Virus record (IMG/VR): IMGVR_UViG_3300042731_011014
Span: 64,001-128,000 of that record
Source: a virus
Strand: one strand, 5' to 3'
DNA: 64,000 bases
Shown: piece after piece, positions 19,041 to 28,332 of the stretch
Layout of the letters: every line of letters starts with the position of its first letter
How positions within the stretch are numbered: position 1 is the stretch's first letter
Notes under the pieces: model-generated
What the model was told of the DNA's origin: nothing
Database searches by the model: none
The model's input: only the letters and a program-made list of their open reading frames with translations
Position numbers and translations under genes: made by a program

Positions 19041-19361
19041 TTAGTCCTCTAGCTCACTTAAAAAATTAGCTAGCGCCTCTAATCTCTTTTCCTCATCGGA
19101 TTCTTTTTTTATATCATTCAACTCTTCTATTTTCTTATCTGTTTTTGCTTTTATTTTTTCTATTTCTATTCTAGCGCTAGTTTCCTCTTTTTCGATCCGT
19201 TTTTCTACCCTCTTACTTATTTTTCCTTTAGCGTTAACTCTGTCCTTTTTACTCCTTACAATAATAAAAACAATAATCCCAGTAATTAAGCTAAGAAAAA
19301 TATACCAGTGCTTAACAAAAAAATGCCAAAAACTCTTTATTGCATACCATATTTTTTTCAT
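19041..19361 (-). CDS. N-terminal TM plus coiled-coil protein (i-spanin-like)
   Basis: WYIFLSLITGIIVFIIV TM followed by a K/E coiled coil. Confidence 0.55.
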   Translation of the reverse strand: MKKIWYAIKSFWHFFVKHWYIFLSLITGIIVFIIVRSKKDRVNAKGKISKRVEKRIEKEETSARIEIEKIKAKTDKKIEELNDIKKESDEEKRLEALANFLSELED

Positions 19362-19383
19362 AAAGTCACTCTACTTAATTTAT

Positions 19384-19726
19384 GCGGCGGAAACCCCTGA
19401 TTTCAATCAGGGGAGAAGCCGCCTAACAATTAACCACCAAATTATGCATACGAATAACATTGGGAGTTACCTCCCAATTCTCTGCTTTCGCAGGTAAAGG
19501 TCACCTCGGCAAAGTTAATGCACGGTTTTATATGCAAACAGCACTGGCTTAACCCCTTAGACCTGTTTAACCACTTGCCGTAGAGCCTGGGGCTGGTGAA
19601 GCACCCCAGGGTACCTATATATTCGTGCTTAACGTAGCTCAAGAAGTATTGCTCCTTTGCTTAGCCTGGTTAACATAAGGCCTGTAATCTCTCACAAGCC
19701 CTCGACTTCAGTCGAAGGTAGTTGAC
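19384..19726 (-). mobile_element. Non-autonomous IS200/IS605 (IscB-family) mini-element, 343 bp
   Basis: One end GTCAACTACC plus TGAA-loop hairpin; other end GGCGG..CCCCTGAT-TGAA-ATCAGGGG..CCGCCGC. IscB is reduced to an RBS, an ATG at 19460 and a few codons. Removing the element restores AAG TCA TAA. Confidence 0.9.
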
Positions 19727-19746
19727 GACTTAACCGGATTCGGTTT
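19478..19746 (-). ncRNA. HEARO/omegaRNA scaffold (19478-19726) with flank-derived 5' guide (about 19727-19746)
   Basis: Hallmark segments in order: GTCAACTACC, GGCTTG, GTTAACCAGGCTAAG, CTACGTT, GGTACCCTGGGGTGCTTCACCAGCCCCAGGCTCT, TTAAACAG, AAACC, TTGCCGAGG, TTTACC. Confidence 0.85.
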
Positions 19747-20190
19747 TACTAGTTTTGTTATCTCATGTATAGCAAGAGACATTGGCCCAGATAACGCTAA
19801 AATTAAGGCCTCCCACCACTCCTTTCCGGCTCCAATCGTAAGAACAATAAATAATCCACCTCCTAGAACTAAAGTTGCAATCCGAATGTAATTTTTTCCT
19901 TTTTCCTTGAACCATGTGCTTGCCATTTTTAATAAAGAAATTAATAACTTGAAAATTGCCGCGAGCAACGCCATCCACGCTACTAACTCACCTGCATGCT
20001 CCCCTGATTTTAAATCCTTTACTGTCTTCACCAATTTTCCAACATCACCAATAACACCTGAAACATCACCATCACTATTAACTGCATTATCTACAATATC
20101 AGCCGGATCCGTTGATGCATCATTGGCATATGCCATATTTAGCATAATTATTGAAAACATTAAAATTAACACAAAAATTGCTTTAATCAT
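19708..20190 (-). CDS. Signal peptide plus multi-TM membrane protein (holin-like); last 5 codons and stop come from the mini-element
   Basis: Hydrophobic N-terminus and about 3 TM segments; the C-terminus SSTTFD* overlaps the GTCAAC end. Confidence 0.65.
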   Translation of the reverse strand: MIKAIFVLILMFSIIMLNMAYANDASTDPADIVDNAVNSDGDVSGVIGDVGKLVKTVKDLKSGEHAGELVAWMALLAAIFKLLISLLKMASTWFKEKGKNYIRIATLVLGGGLFIVLTIGAGKEWWEALILALSGPMSLAIHEITKLVKPNPVKSSTTFD

Positions 20191-20193
20191 CTT

Positions 20194-20388
20194 TTATCCT
20201 TCCAGTAATAGTTCTGGTTCACGCTTAATGCCACCCTCATCAATTCCCTTTTTTTCAATATGCTTTTGAAGAGCATCCGATATCACCTCGGCAACTGTTT
20301 TTCCTTCCTTGTCTGCAAGTTCTCTCAAATCACCATATAATTCATCTGTAAACATCAAACCATTCAATACATTTACTTTTTTATCCAT
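20194..20388 (-). CDS. Ribbon-helix-helix (CopG-like) DNA-binding protein
   Basis: LMFTDELYGDLRELADKEGKTVAEVISDAL. Confidence 0.75.
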   Translation of the reverse strand: MDKKVNVLNGLMFTDELYGDLRELADKEGKTVAEVISDALQKHIEKKGIDEGGIKREPELLLEG

Positions 20389-20396
20389 CTTTTCAC

Positions 20397-21116
20397 CTAC
20401 TTCTTCGAAGACTTCTCTACAGTATAAGTCTCCTTCATTTTACCGGACCAAACCGTCCTACTGGTAAATTTTACACCCTCACCAGGTATTTGCGCAACTT
20501 CATTAAATGTTAGATCCGCAGTAGCAATCCTAGGTCTGCCACTCGGAAAAAAAGCTTTATAATCAACTGTAATATTCGTAAGTATACAATCTATAAAACC
20601 TATGGAACCTTCTTGCTGCTTTGTCGACGCAGTTCCACCAAGAAATACGTTAGGCATGTATAAGACAAGAATTTGAGGAGGATAGACCCTGTTATCGGCA
20701 TAAGCAGGATAATACAGCGATCTCAACCATGCTATGGCCCCATTGATATCAACATTGTGCTTATCTTGACCAACCTTACCGCCACCGGATGCGGCTGCAA
20801 CAGGAGACAGGGCACCGCCGCCAGCAGTATTAATACCACCATCCTCGTCCCTGCTAAAATAAACAGTAAATGATACAGCCCTAGGACCAAGAGATACCCA
20901 TTGGTATAATGGGAGTGTTCCGCCCGGAACAGATGATTGTGCATACTCAACATTTTGCGATTCTGAAATTGATTCAGGCCAATACTGAAATGCTCTAGGA
21001 TCAGTCCTTGTGTCCTTAGGCGATCCATCATCAATTACCTCAATATACACCCGTGCAAGCTTCTGATCTAGAATATTTTTTCCCAGTTGGGATGCTAATT
21101 TACCTAAAGTAGGCAT
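20397..21116 (-). CDS. Tube-initiator / CIS tube-like baseplate protein
   Basis: FQYWPESISESQNVEY..SVPGGTLPLYQW..LGPRAVSFTVYF...ATADLTFNE. Confidence 0.8.
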   Translation of the reverse strand: MPTLGKLASQLGKNILDQKLARVYIEVIDDGSPKDTRTDPRAFQYWPESISESQNVEYAQSSVPGGTLPLYQWVSLGPRAVSFTVYFSRDEDGGINTAGGGALSPVAAASGGGKVGQDKHNVDINGAIAWLRSLYYPAYADNRVYPPQILVLYMPNVFLGGTASTKQQEGSIGFIDCILTNITVDYKAFFPSGRPRIATADLTFNEVAQIPGEGVKFTSRTVWSGKMKETYTVEKSSKK

Positions 21117-21505
21117 TAATCTAAGGCCCTCTTTGATTTTATTTTAATACCATCTATTACTATTTGATCGATCTCATCTTGAACTAATGATCTTATTGTT
21201 TTGGATATCTTAGGATTCCTATCCCTTCTCAACTGCTGCAATTTCGATATTGGCAAGCTAAATTTTTTGGATATCGCCTTTCTTCTTTTATTCGCCTTAT
21301 TGATACCACCTTTTGATAAGCTAAAATTAATCTTATCCTCATCGACCGCACCGTTATCAATATCTATTGCAACATTTCTTACCTTAACAATATCATCAGG
21401 ATTAAAGCTTCCAACCAAAACACCAGCAATCCAGACCTCGCCAGGGGTGCCTTTTCTCGAGTCGGCAGATATAATTTTTATCTCAATGATTTTTTCAACA
21501 GCCAT
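21116..21505 (-). CDS. Hypothetical protein
   Basis: 129-aa coupled ORF. Confidence 0.6.
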   Translation of the reverse strand: MAVEKIIEIKIISADSRKGTPGEVWIAGVLVGSFNPDDIVKVRNVAIDIDNGAVDEDKINFSLSKGGINKANKRRKAISKKFSLPISKLQQLRRDRNPKISKTIRSLVQDEIDQIVIDGIKIKSKRALD

Positions 21506-21507
21506 TT

Positions 21508-21933
21508 CTAACCTCTAATCCTTCTAAGCCTATTAATAAGATATGGATCGGTCATAATCCCATTATCAGGAGACATGCCTAACATTACTCCAGTTATTTT
21601 TTCTTTCTTGCCCATTGTATCCATAATCCCTTTTGCCCTCTCTTTGGCCGCTTCTCTTGAACCATCCACAATTTCTTTAACAATATCACATTTGCCGGCC
21701 TCTTTTAAGAGCATTAACTCGTAAGCATCTAATTCACCATCTAATCGATTAAATTCCATAAATATTCTTGTCCACTCGAATAACACTTTCTCTATTTTTT
21801 TCGCAATACCCAATCTCTCTGCTAATCTCTTTTTAATTAAATCAACTAGTTCCCCAGTTTTACCACCCATTTTTTCACTTTTAAGTAATTCAGCAATTCC
21901 GGGCAATGATCGTCTCTTTAAATCCATACACAA
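21508..21933 (-). CDS. Hypothetical helical protein
   Basis: 141-aa ORF in a contiguous run. Confidence 0.6.
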   Translation of the reverse strand: MCMDLKRRSLPGIAELLKSEKMGGKTGELVDLIKKRLAERLGIAKKIEKVLFEWTRIFMEFNRLDGELDAYELMLLKEAGKCDIVKEIVDGSREAAKERAKGIMDTMGKKEKITGVMLGMSPDNGIMTDPYLINRLRRIRG

Positions 21934-21939
21934 ATTCTC

Positions 21940-24900
21940 CTAAGATTCATCAATGTTTTCAGACTGTATAAAAACATGAGGATGAGATTCTTTATCCAAT
22001 CCTAGCAATGAATCTAGACAGTCATTAATCGTCACAGAAACATGCGGGTAAGCACTCTCATCTAATCCAAGTAAAAAATTAGTGCAATCATTTGCCGATG
22101 GCGCAGTAAATTTTATACTCGAACTTCCTTTGAAAAGAAGTTTTAATCCATTAACATAACAAACAGTTGACCCCATTGCTGTATTAATATTACCAGCAAC
22201 CGCTGACAATGCATAGGAGCCACCTGCACCACTATCGCCGGTAACATCAATATCGTTTACGCTATTTCCGTCAACATCTAGATTAATATTATAATGAGTT
22301 GCGTCCAAAGTTAAAATAGGATCTGTTACCGTATGACCTTCAAGTTGTACATTTGAAGGCTTTGTAAATTTTATCTCCCTTGGTGCCTTAAAAATTAACT
22401 TTGTACCATCTACAAAACATACAGTTGAACCAATGGCAGTATTAATATTTGAAGCAATAGCTGACAGTGCATAGGATCCGCCTGCACCTAAATCCCCAGT
22501 TACATCAATATCATTATGTCCACCACCATCAATCTCAAGATCGATATAGCAATTAGTTCTATCGAGAGTAAGTATAGGATCTGTTACTGTATGACCATCA
22601 AACCTAGCAAGCAATGCATCCGTACCAGATCCACCCAAATTATTTCCACGAACAACATAAACGTTCGCTGAGCCAATTGCTATCCCATTCCCAGATCCAG
22701 CATAGGAATTTATATTATTTCCAATAATAATAGATTTCTCCCCCACAGATCGAATCGCATCATGTGCCCCAGCGCCGCTAGCCACGCTAACAAGGTTATT
22801 ACCTGTAATAACACAATTATCCGACGCAGCAACGATACCATACTCTTCAGTTCCTCTAATTACATTCCCTATCATACTGCATCTATGAGCAAGAGAAGGA
22901 ACATTTATCCCTGCTAATGATCCTAAAATAGAGTTCCCCGTAATTGCAACATCTGTACTATTGGTCTCAATAAGAATACCATTTGAGTTAGCCGAAGCCT
23001 TTATTCTATTCCCCAATATTGAGCTTAATTCTCTAGCAAAAATGCCATTAAAACCGTTGCCAGTGACCTCAACATTATTCCCGGTAACTGCGCATGACTC
23101 TCCGGTTTCAATTGAATTACCTTGAGAGTAAACATAGTTACCAACAATGGATCCGACTACTTTTTCTGCACCTATCCCAGTAACAAAATTACTTATCCAG
23201 TTTCCCTCTATTACTGATGGAGTCGGATTAATCGCGGTTGTCGCTAACCGAATACCAGCACCGTCGGCAGCACTCTTTTGCATAACGTTTTTCGAAATTG
23301 TAACACTGTCCGCTTCAAAATTAGCATCACATGAAAAACCGTCATATCCAACACCGGGGTCCCAAATTATATTTTCACTAAAAACTAAGCTTTTTGTTCC
23401 CCCTATAGAAACATAAAATCCATCATATCCAGGCTCATATATAATATTGCCAGCATACCTTGAGAACCTTGCACCGTTATCATAAATACCATACTCGGTT
23501 ACAGTATCTATAATATTGTTAATCACATTAACCATTTCGACTAATTCAGTCGTATAATCATCAATCTCAATTCCTCTAGCGCCTCCATTAATATTATTCG
23601 AACTAACTAAGCAGCTATCAGCTCCAACATGAACAGCTATAGTTCCAGCACTATCCACTATATTCCCAACACACCTACCCCGAATACCACTCATTGTGAT
23701 ACCATCAGCATTCGAATTAAGCAGATAATTACCTATTGCCGCAGATTCTTCACCATTGAGAAGTAAAAGCGAATCTCCCCCGTTCCCGCTCGCATAGCAA
23801 TTTTCTATCGTGGAATATGCACCAACTATTATCCCTCTCAGTCCAGCATTTAATGAGGCGCAATTTTCAATACTGCTAAGATTCCCTGCAAAAATACCCT
23901 CACCACCAAAATCATCAACATAGCAACCAGTTATCAACGAATAGTTACCATCTGTTCTTAATCCCTCGGCCGTTGCATATGCTGGCGTCGCATCACCTAT
24001 TGCAACTACATTCTCAATTCTGCACCTAATACCGGTAAGATAGATACCATAAACCTGATTTACTAAAGAGCAATCTCTAGCAATCACATCATTACCTGAT
24101 CCACTAATGGAGTAGTAAAGCTCACCACCTGACTCAAAGGTACAATTTTCGATAACCGATCCATGTCCGGGATCTTTTATGGCAGAGTATGTTGAAACAG
24201 ATCCGCTGTATTCAAACTTCAAATTTTTAAAAACATTCTTTTCGGATCCAGTGCATAAAAATGCATTGCCCGAATCAAAAGACCATTTTATTCTAGGCAA
24301 ATCGTTTGTTAGGTTATTTAAAAGAAATCCCTCAATAGATACCCTTGCCAGCCCACTAAACCCGACATCATTGAAATCAACCGGATCGGCCAATGTTATA
24401 TCACCGATTACCTTAATTTTTGCATTAATAATATCTCTCTGAGAATGATTTAATATTGTCGCAATATGCGAGACAGCTCTATTTAAACATCCGCTACCAT
24501 AAAAATCAGACGGACCACTATCCGAAACAGTAATCTCAATTGTTTTAAATCGGTCCTCTGCCGTCCTAACAACATCATGGGACATATCAAACTGAGATAG
24601 TGTTGTGTTGTAATAAAAAAAAGCTAATGGAACGTATGATTCATCAAAACCCAACGTTGCATCAATATCAGTAAATTCTCCTGTTGCAGCATTCATTAAC
24701 ATGACTCTATTTTGATTCGCTCCGAGTATTTCATGGTATCCAGCAGATTTAGATAAAACCGTGCCTGTATTTGTCATTAACTTAAATGTAGATGCCCATT
24801 CCACCCTACTTAGTGCATCATTAAATGTGAAACCTGGATATTCTATAACATGAGCACCAATGGTATTACCAACGGCATCCTTTATACCCTGAATTCTATC

Positions 24901-26280
24901 TCTTGCTATTGTATCCCTTTCAGGGCGATACTCTGTAAAAGCTCCTGGAGCAAAACCAGAATAAAAACTTTCAACCCCACACCATAAATTAAACGTACCA
25001 GTAAAACTGGTATCGCTTGTCTCAGAAAAATCAAAATAAATCCATGGGTTTTCATAAAATCCATCCGAATCAGCATCGGCACTTGGATCGACTTCAGCCG
25101 TGTCCGCTGAGTTATTTATTTTTAAAATAGTTATTGGACCACTGTCACTTCCAGTAAGAACGTCCGATCCATCGGTATCAAGTAATTTAAACCTAACATC
25201 CTTGATTATCTGTGAATCAGATCCGGACTTTCCAATATAAACTTTTCTTGGAAGCTGGAACTTGGTACTTGCAATACCTAAAGTAACTGGAACTCTTGAT
25301 GGTTCAGCAATATGTTTTGCTGGAAGTAATCCTCTATGAAGGCCGGTTGCAGTAGGCATTCTTGCAGACTGCGAAGCACCTCTAGTAAAAAGATCTGTTT
25401 GCGCTCCAGAATAGTAACTTTTTTTACCATAATAAATCTGCAAATTACCGGTATAATTAACATTGGAGGTCTCAGAAAAATCAAGATAAATCCATGGATT
25501 GGAATAAAACCCATCAACATCAGCATCGGTACTGGGATTAACTTCAGCTGTATCTGCTGAGTTGTTTACCTTTGAAATATAAATAGGCTTCCCATCATCA
25601 CCAAAAAGTGAAACCTCCCCATTTGCATCGAATAAAACAACGTTTTTATCTTTTATATCCTGAGAATCCGTTCCAATTTTACCAATATGTATCGATCTAT
25701 TAAGTTGAAACTTTGTACTAGCCACTGAAAGGGTTATTAATTCCATTGTAGGCTCAGAAATATACTTCGCTGGAATAAAACCGTACTTGGTACCAGTCGC
25801 CCACGGACGAGTTGAGTTAACCTCGTCCTGATAGATGGTAGCCGTATCAAAATCGGCAGATCCGGCAAGAATGGATACTTTAGCTAAAACCAGATCAGTT
25901 GACACAATGTCAGCTTCATCTATTAAAAGCATGCTAGCAGTAGTTTGAACATCTATATTATAGACAACTCTCATTACAAGAGCCACGATAATATCTGATC
26001 CAGTTGGAACCATCGTTCCATCGACTTCTATTGCTGATGTTTCGCGAATAGTTTGAGACCAACCGCTTTTTTCATATACTGCTACAGAATCGCCATTTGT
26101 TGGATCGGTTAAAACATTAAGCTTCTTTTCGCCAGCAACAGCTTCAACAATAAAACCTCTATATCTTCCAGTTGGCGCAACTGCATTAAGTTTTCTATTA
26201 CTACTTGCCGATGTGTAAGGCTCATACCATCTAGTTTCCACTCTCTCATTGCTAATATTTACAGTCTTATAAGTCGACAT
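21940..26280 (-). CDS. Tail spike / putative depolymerase with right-handed beta-helix
   Basis: Long run of parallel beta-helix repeats (I.GN.I, IENC); duplicated 150-aa N-terminal domains; duplicated C-terminal domain. Confidence 0.8.
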   Translation of the reverse strand: MSTYKTVNISNERVETRWYEPYTSASSNRKLNAVAPTGRYRGFIVEAVAGEKKLNVLTDPTNGDSVAVYEKSGWSQTIRETSAIEVDGTMVPTGSDIIVALVMRVVYNIDVQTTASMLLIDEADIVSTDLVLAKVSILAGSADFDTATIYQDEVNSTRPWATGTKYGFIPAKYISEPTMELITLSVASTKFQLNRSIHIGKIGTDSQDIKDKNVVLFDANGEVSLFGDDGKPIYISKVNNSADTAEVNPSTDADVDGFYSNPWIYLDFSETSNVNYTGNLQIYYGKKSYYSGAQTDLFTRGASQSARMPTATGLHRGLLPAKHIAEPSRVPVTLGIASTKFQLPRKVYIGKSGSDSQIIKDVRFKLLDTDGSDVLTGSDSGPITILKINNSADTAEVDPSADADSDGFYENPWIYFDFSETSDTSFTGTFNLWCGVESFYSGFAPGAFTEYRPERDTIARDRIQGIKDAVGNTIGAHVIEYPGFTFNDALSRVEWASTFKLMTNTGTVLSKSAGYHEILGANQNRVMLMNAATGEFTDIDATLGFDESYVPLAFFYYNTTLSQFDMSHDVVRTAEDRFKTIEITVSDSGPSDFYGSGCLNRAVSHIATILNHSQRDIINAKIKVIGDITLADPVDFNDVGFSGLARVSIEGFLLNNLTNDLPRIKWSFDSGNAFLCTGSEKNVFKNLKFEYSGSVSTYSAIKDPGHGSVIENCTFESGGELYYSISGSGNDVIARDCSLVNQVYGIYLTGIRCRIENVVAIGDATPAYATAEGLRTDGNYSLITGCYVDDFGGEGIFAGNLSSIENCASLNAGLRGIIVGAYSTIENCYASGNGGDSLLLLNGEESAAIGNYLLNSNADGITMSGIRGRCVGNIVDSAGTIAVHVGADSCLVSSNNINGGARGIEIDDYTTELVEMVNVINNIIDTVTEYGIYDNGARFSRYAGNIIYEPGYDGFYVSIGGTKSLVFSENIIWDPGVGYDGFSCDANFEADSVTISKNVMQKSAADGAGIRLATTAINPTPSVIEGNWISNFVTGIGAEKVVGSIVGNYVYSQGNSIETGESCAVTGNNVEVTGNGFNGIFARELSSILGNRIKASANSNGILIETNSTDVAITGNSILGSLAGINVPSLAHRCSMIGNVIRGTEEYGIVAASDNCVITGNNLVSVASGAGAHDAIRSVGEKSIIIGNNINSYAGSGNGIAIGSANVYVVRGNNLGGSGTDALLARFDGHTVTDPILTLDRTNCYIDLEIDGGGHNDIDVTGDLGAGGSYALSAIASNINTAIGSTVCFVDGTKLIFKAPREIKFTKPSNVQLEGHTVTDPILTLDATHYNINLDVDGNSVNDIDVTGDSGAGGSYALSAVAGNINTAMGSTVCYVNGLKLLFKGSSSIKFTAPSANDCTNFLLGLDESAYPHVSVTINDCLDSLLGLDKESHPHVFIQSENIDES

Positions 26281-26291
26281 CTAGCCCTCTC

Positions 26292-26999
26292 TTAATTGAT
26301 TAAATTTAATTTAACCATTATTGTATTTGCGCCTGTTTTCTCTCGCCTGTCAATAGTACCATATGCAACCATAATGTCATTCTCATCAAAAAGCCCTATC
26401 TCAGTCCAAAATGGGACTGGCCCATGAGGGTAAGATTTTCCATTATCGTTCGCTTCAGATAGATCAACATAGCACTTACAAATACAAGTACCAAAATCAT
26501 CGCCTTTAAATTCAAGTTTTGTAGCAGCATCAACACCAAAACTTTTTTGAAACGTTGCAAGATCGCTATCATTATCAGCTTCCAAGTCTGCCCTTGACGG
26601 ATCTGGCTCCTTAGGATCACCTCTATGTTGATAATCGCCATAAACTGTCGCTCCACCTGGAGGGGCGGTTGTAAATGTTACATCATACTCACCTGAGTTA
26701 TAATTAATCGTCCCATACCCATCCCCTGTAAAATTACCACTCCCATCATCGGTTAACGTTTGCGCACTTGTCGGCTCATCAATAGTGATACTATTAGGAA
26801 TTATAGGTTTATTTACAAAATTACCAGTAAAATTAGTTGTACCACCCGGTGCAACAGACATACTTTCATTATTAATAGTTGTAGGTAACCATCCACCTTC
26901 GCCAATACGAAAATAATCCATTTTATTATTAACACTACCCATTTGACCCTTCGCCGCCTCATCTCTGCCAATATTTGTCACAATAGCCCGATCTGCCAT
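26292..26999 (-). CDS. Tail-collar / fibre-anchor protein (P2 gpH N-terminal, DUF3751-like) with inserted beta domain
   Basis: AIVTNIGR...YFRIGEGG...WTEIGLFDEND.MVAYG...EKT pattern. Confidence 0.75.
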   Translation of the reverse strand: MADRAIVTNIGRDEAAKGQMGSVNNKMDYFRIGEGGWLPTTINNESMSVAPGGTTNFTGNFVNKPIIPNSITIDEPTSAQTLTDDGSGNFTGDGYGTINYNSGEYDVTFTTAPPGGATVYGDYQHRGDPKEPDPSRADLEADNDSDLATFQKSFGVDAATKLEFKGDDFGTCICKCYVDLSEANDNGKSYPHGPVPFWTEIGLFDENDIMVAYGTIDRREKTGANTIMVKLNLIN

Positions 27000-27007
27000 A
27001 ATATCTC

Positions 27008-28324
27008 CTATGTTACTGTAACTTCTATGGTTACACGCGCACCATTATCAGTTGGACTATACCTGTACTCCAAATAAACTTTTTCCCCGGACTTTACTGG
27101 CAAAGAAAATGTAACATCTATAGATCCATCGGCATAAGTAACCGTGTTAGTTCCACCACCATCTACATCACCTGTTAGATTCCCGCTTCCATCATCTGTT
27201 ACAATCATATTTGATGAATCATTCGCCACAGCAGTAATAATCAATGATCCAGGAAAAATCTCCTTAAAATATGTTTCACCTGTAAAGTCTTGCTCAACAT
27301 TATCGCCAATACCAAAGGGCTCTAACCTTCTCCAAAATAACTGATCAGCCGGCAATGCATCATACCTATGGCCAAAATGAACATTCATTTCAACCTCTTC
27401 CTCAATTGGAATCCATTCAATATTAGCCGGCATAATCCGATCAAGTTTTTGTACAAGTTTTCTAAATGCTTCTGTTTGATTTACCTGAGGGTATGCTTGA
27501 ACACCCCACGGAGACGGACCAGGTGTAAATTTAAACCGTACAGCGCTAGTCTTACAGTGATCGCATTTTCCTTCAGCACATACATAATTGGCAAAAATCT
27601 TAGTACCAGGAGGTGGCGTTGATGTAAATTCAACCGAATACCTCCCTGTTGTATAATCAATAACCCCAGCCCCATCACCTGCAAGCGTCCCATCCTTGGA
27701 AGCTTCATCTGTTAAAACCTGGGACGTCACCTCATCAGTATATATAGTAACAGTGCCGGGTTTAATTGGATAACAAAGTGTGTTACCGGTTTTCTGAGAA
27801 TTCCATGACCACTCAATAGTACTCCATGTTCCCGGTCCGGCATTCTCTTCCTCAAAATCACAAACGATATTATCTACATCAACACCACCTGTTTCGCTGG
27901 CAGCGTTTTCAACTTCAATACCTATTTCAAGGGAATCAAGATCGGCATCTTCCCATTCCTCAGCCGTAGCAGGGTTATAATCCCAAGTCCAAGATAGATC
28001 AGTAAAACCACCAGTAGGCGTCTCTTGGGTTATATGAATAAAATCAAAATTATTTATTCTAAGAAAAGCCTTTACCTTGTAACCCGCAGCAGTTGGTTGT
28101 CTACATTTTGACCTAACAGTTACGCTATTAGGCCTCTTGTTTCCATAAATAGGTGAATAATCAGTTAATTTTGCACTGTATTTTGCAAACGCGAGTGCAG
28201 CAGGATCTAGGTTAATGTACGCAACACCATCAGCCGGATCCTCATTAACTCTTGGCCAAAATGGACCAGTACCAGTAACCTCCTGATAATATCCATCATT
28301 ATTTGGGACCAAAGTTCTGGTCAT
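27008..28324 (-). CDS. Baseplate wedge-associated protein, probably carrying the gpI C-terminal region
   Basis: CDHCKT...AFRKLVQKLDRIMPANIEW resembles the gpI C-terminal (K/R)PAH-type end; two copies of a DDGSGN..G.I.Y..G domain. Confidence 0.55.
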   Translation of the reverse strand: MTRTLVPNNDGYYQEVTGTGPFWPRVNEDPADGVAYINLDPAALAFAKYSAKLTDYSPIYGNKRPNSVTVRSKCRQPTAAGYKVKAFLRINNFDFIHITQETPTGGFTDLSWTWDYNPATAEEWEDADLDSLEIGIEVENAASETGGVDVDNIVCDFEEENAGPGTWSTIEWSWNSQKTGNTLCYPIKPGTVTIYTDEVTSQVLTDEASKDGTLAGDGAGVIDYTTGRYSVEFTSTPPPGTKIFANYVCAEGKCDHCKTSAVRFKFTPGPSPWGVQAYPQVNQTEAFRKLVQKLDRIMPANIEWIPIEEEVEMNVHFGHRYDALPADQLFWRRLEPFGIGDNVEQDFTGETYFKEIFPGSLIITAVANDSSNMIVTDDGSGNLTGDVDGGGTNTVTYADGSIDVTFSLPVKSGEKVYLEYRYSPTDNGARVTIEVTVT

Positions 28325-28332
28325 ATCAACCT

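Noticed and set aside
19442-19642. 66-aa ORF MSYVKHEYIGTLGCFTSP...
   Set aside because: It is a chance reading of the omegaRNA scaffold (TTG start, no RBS); the true iscB remnant starts at 19460.
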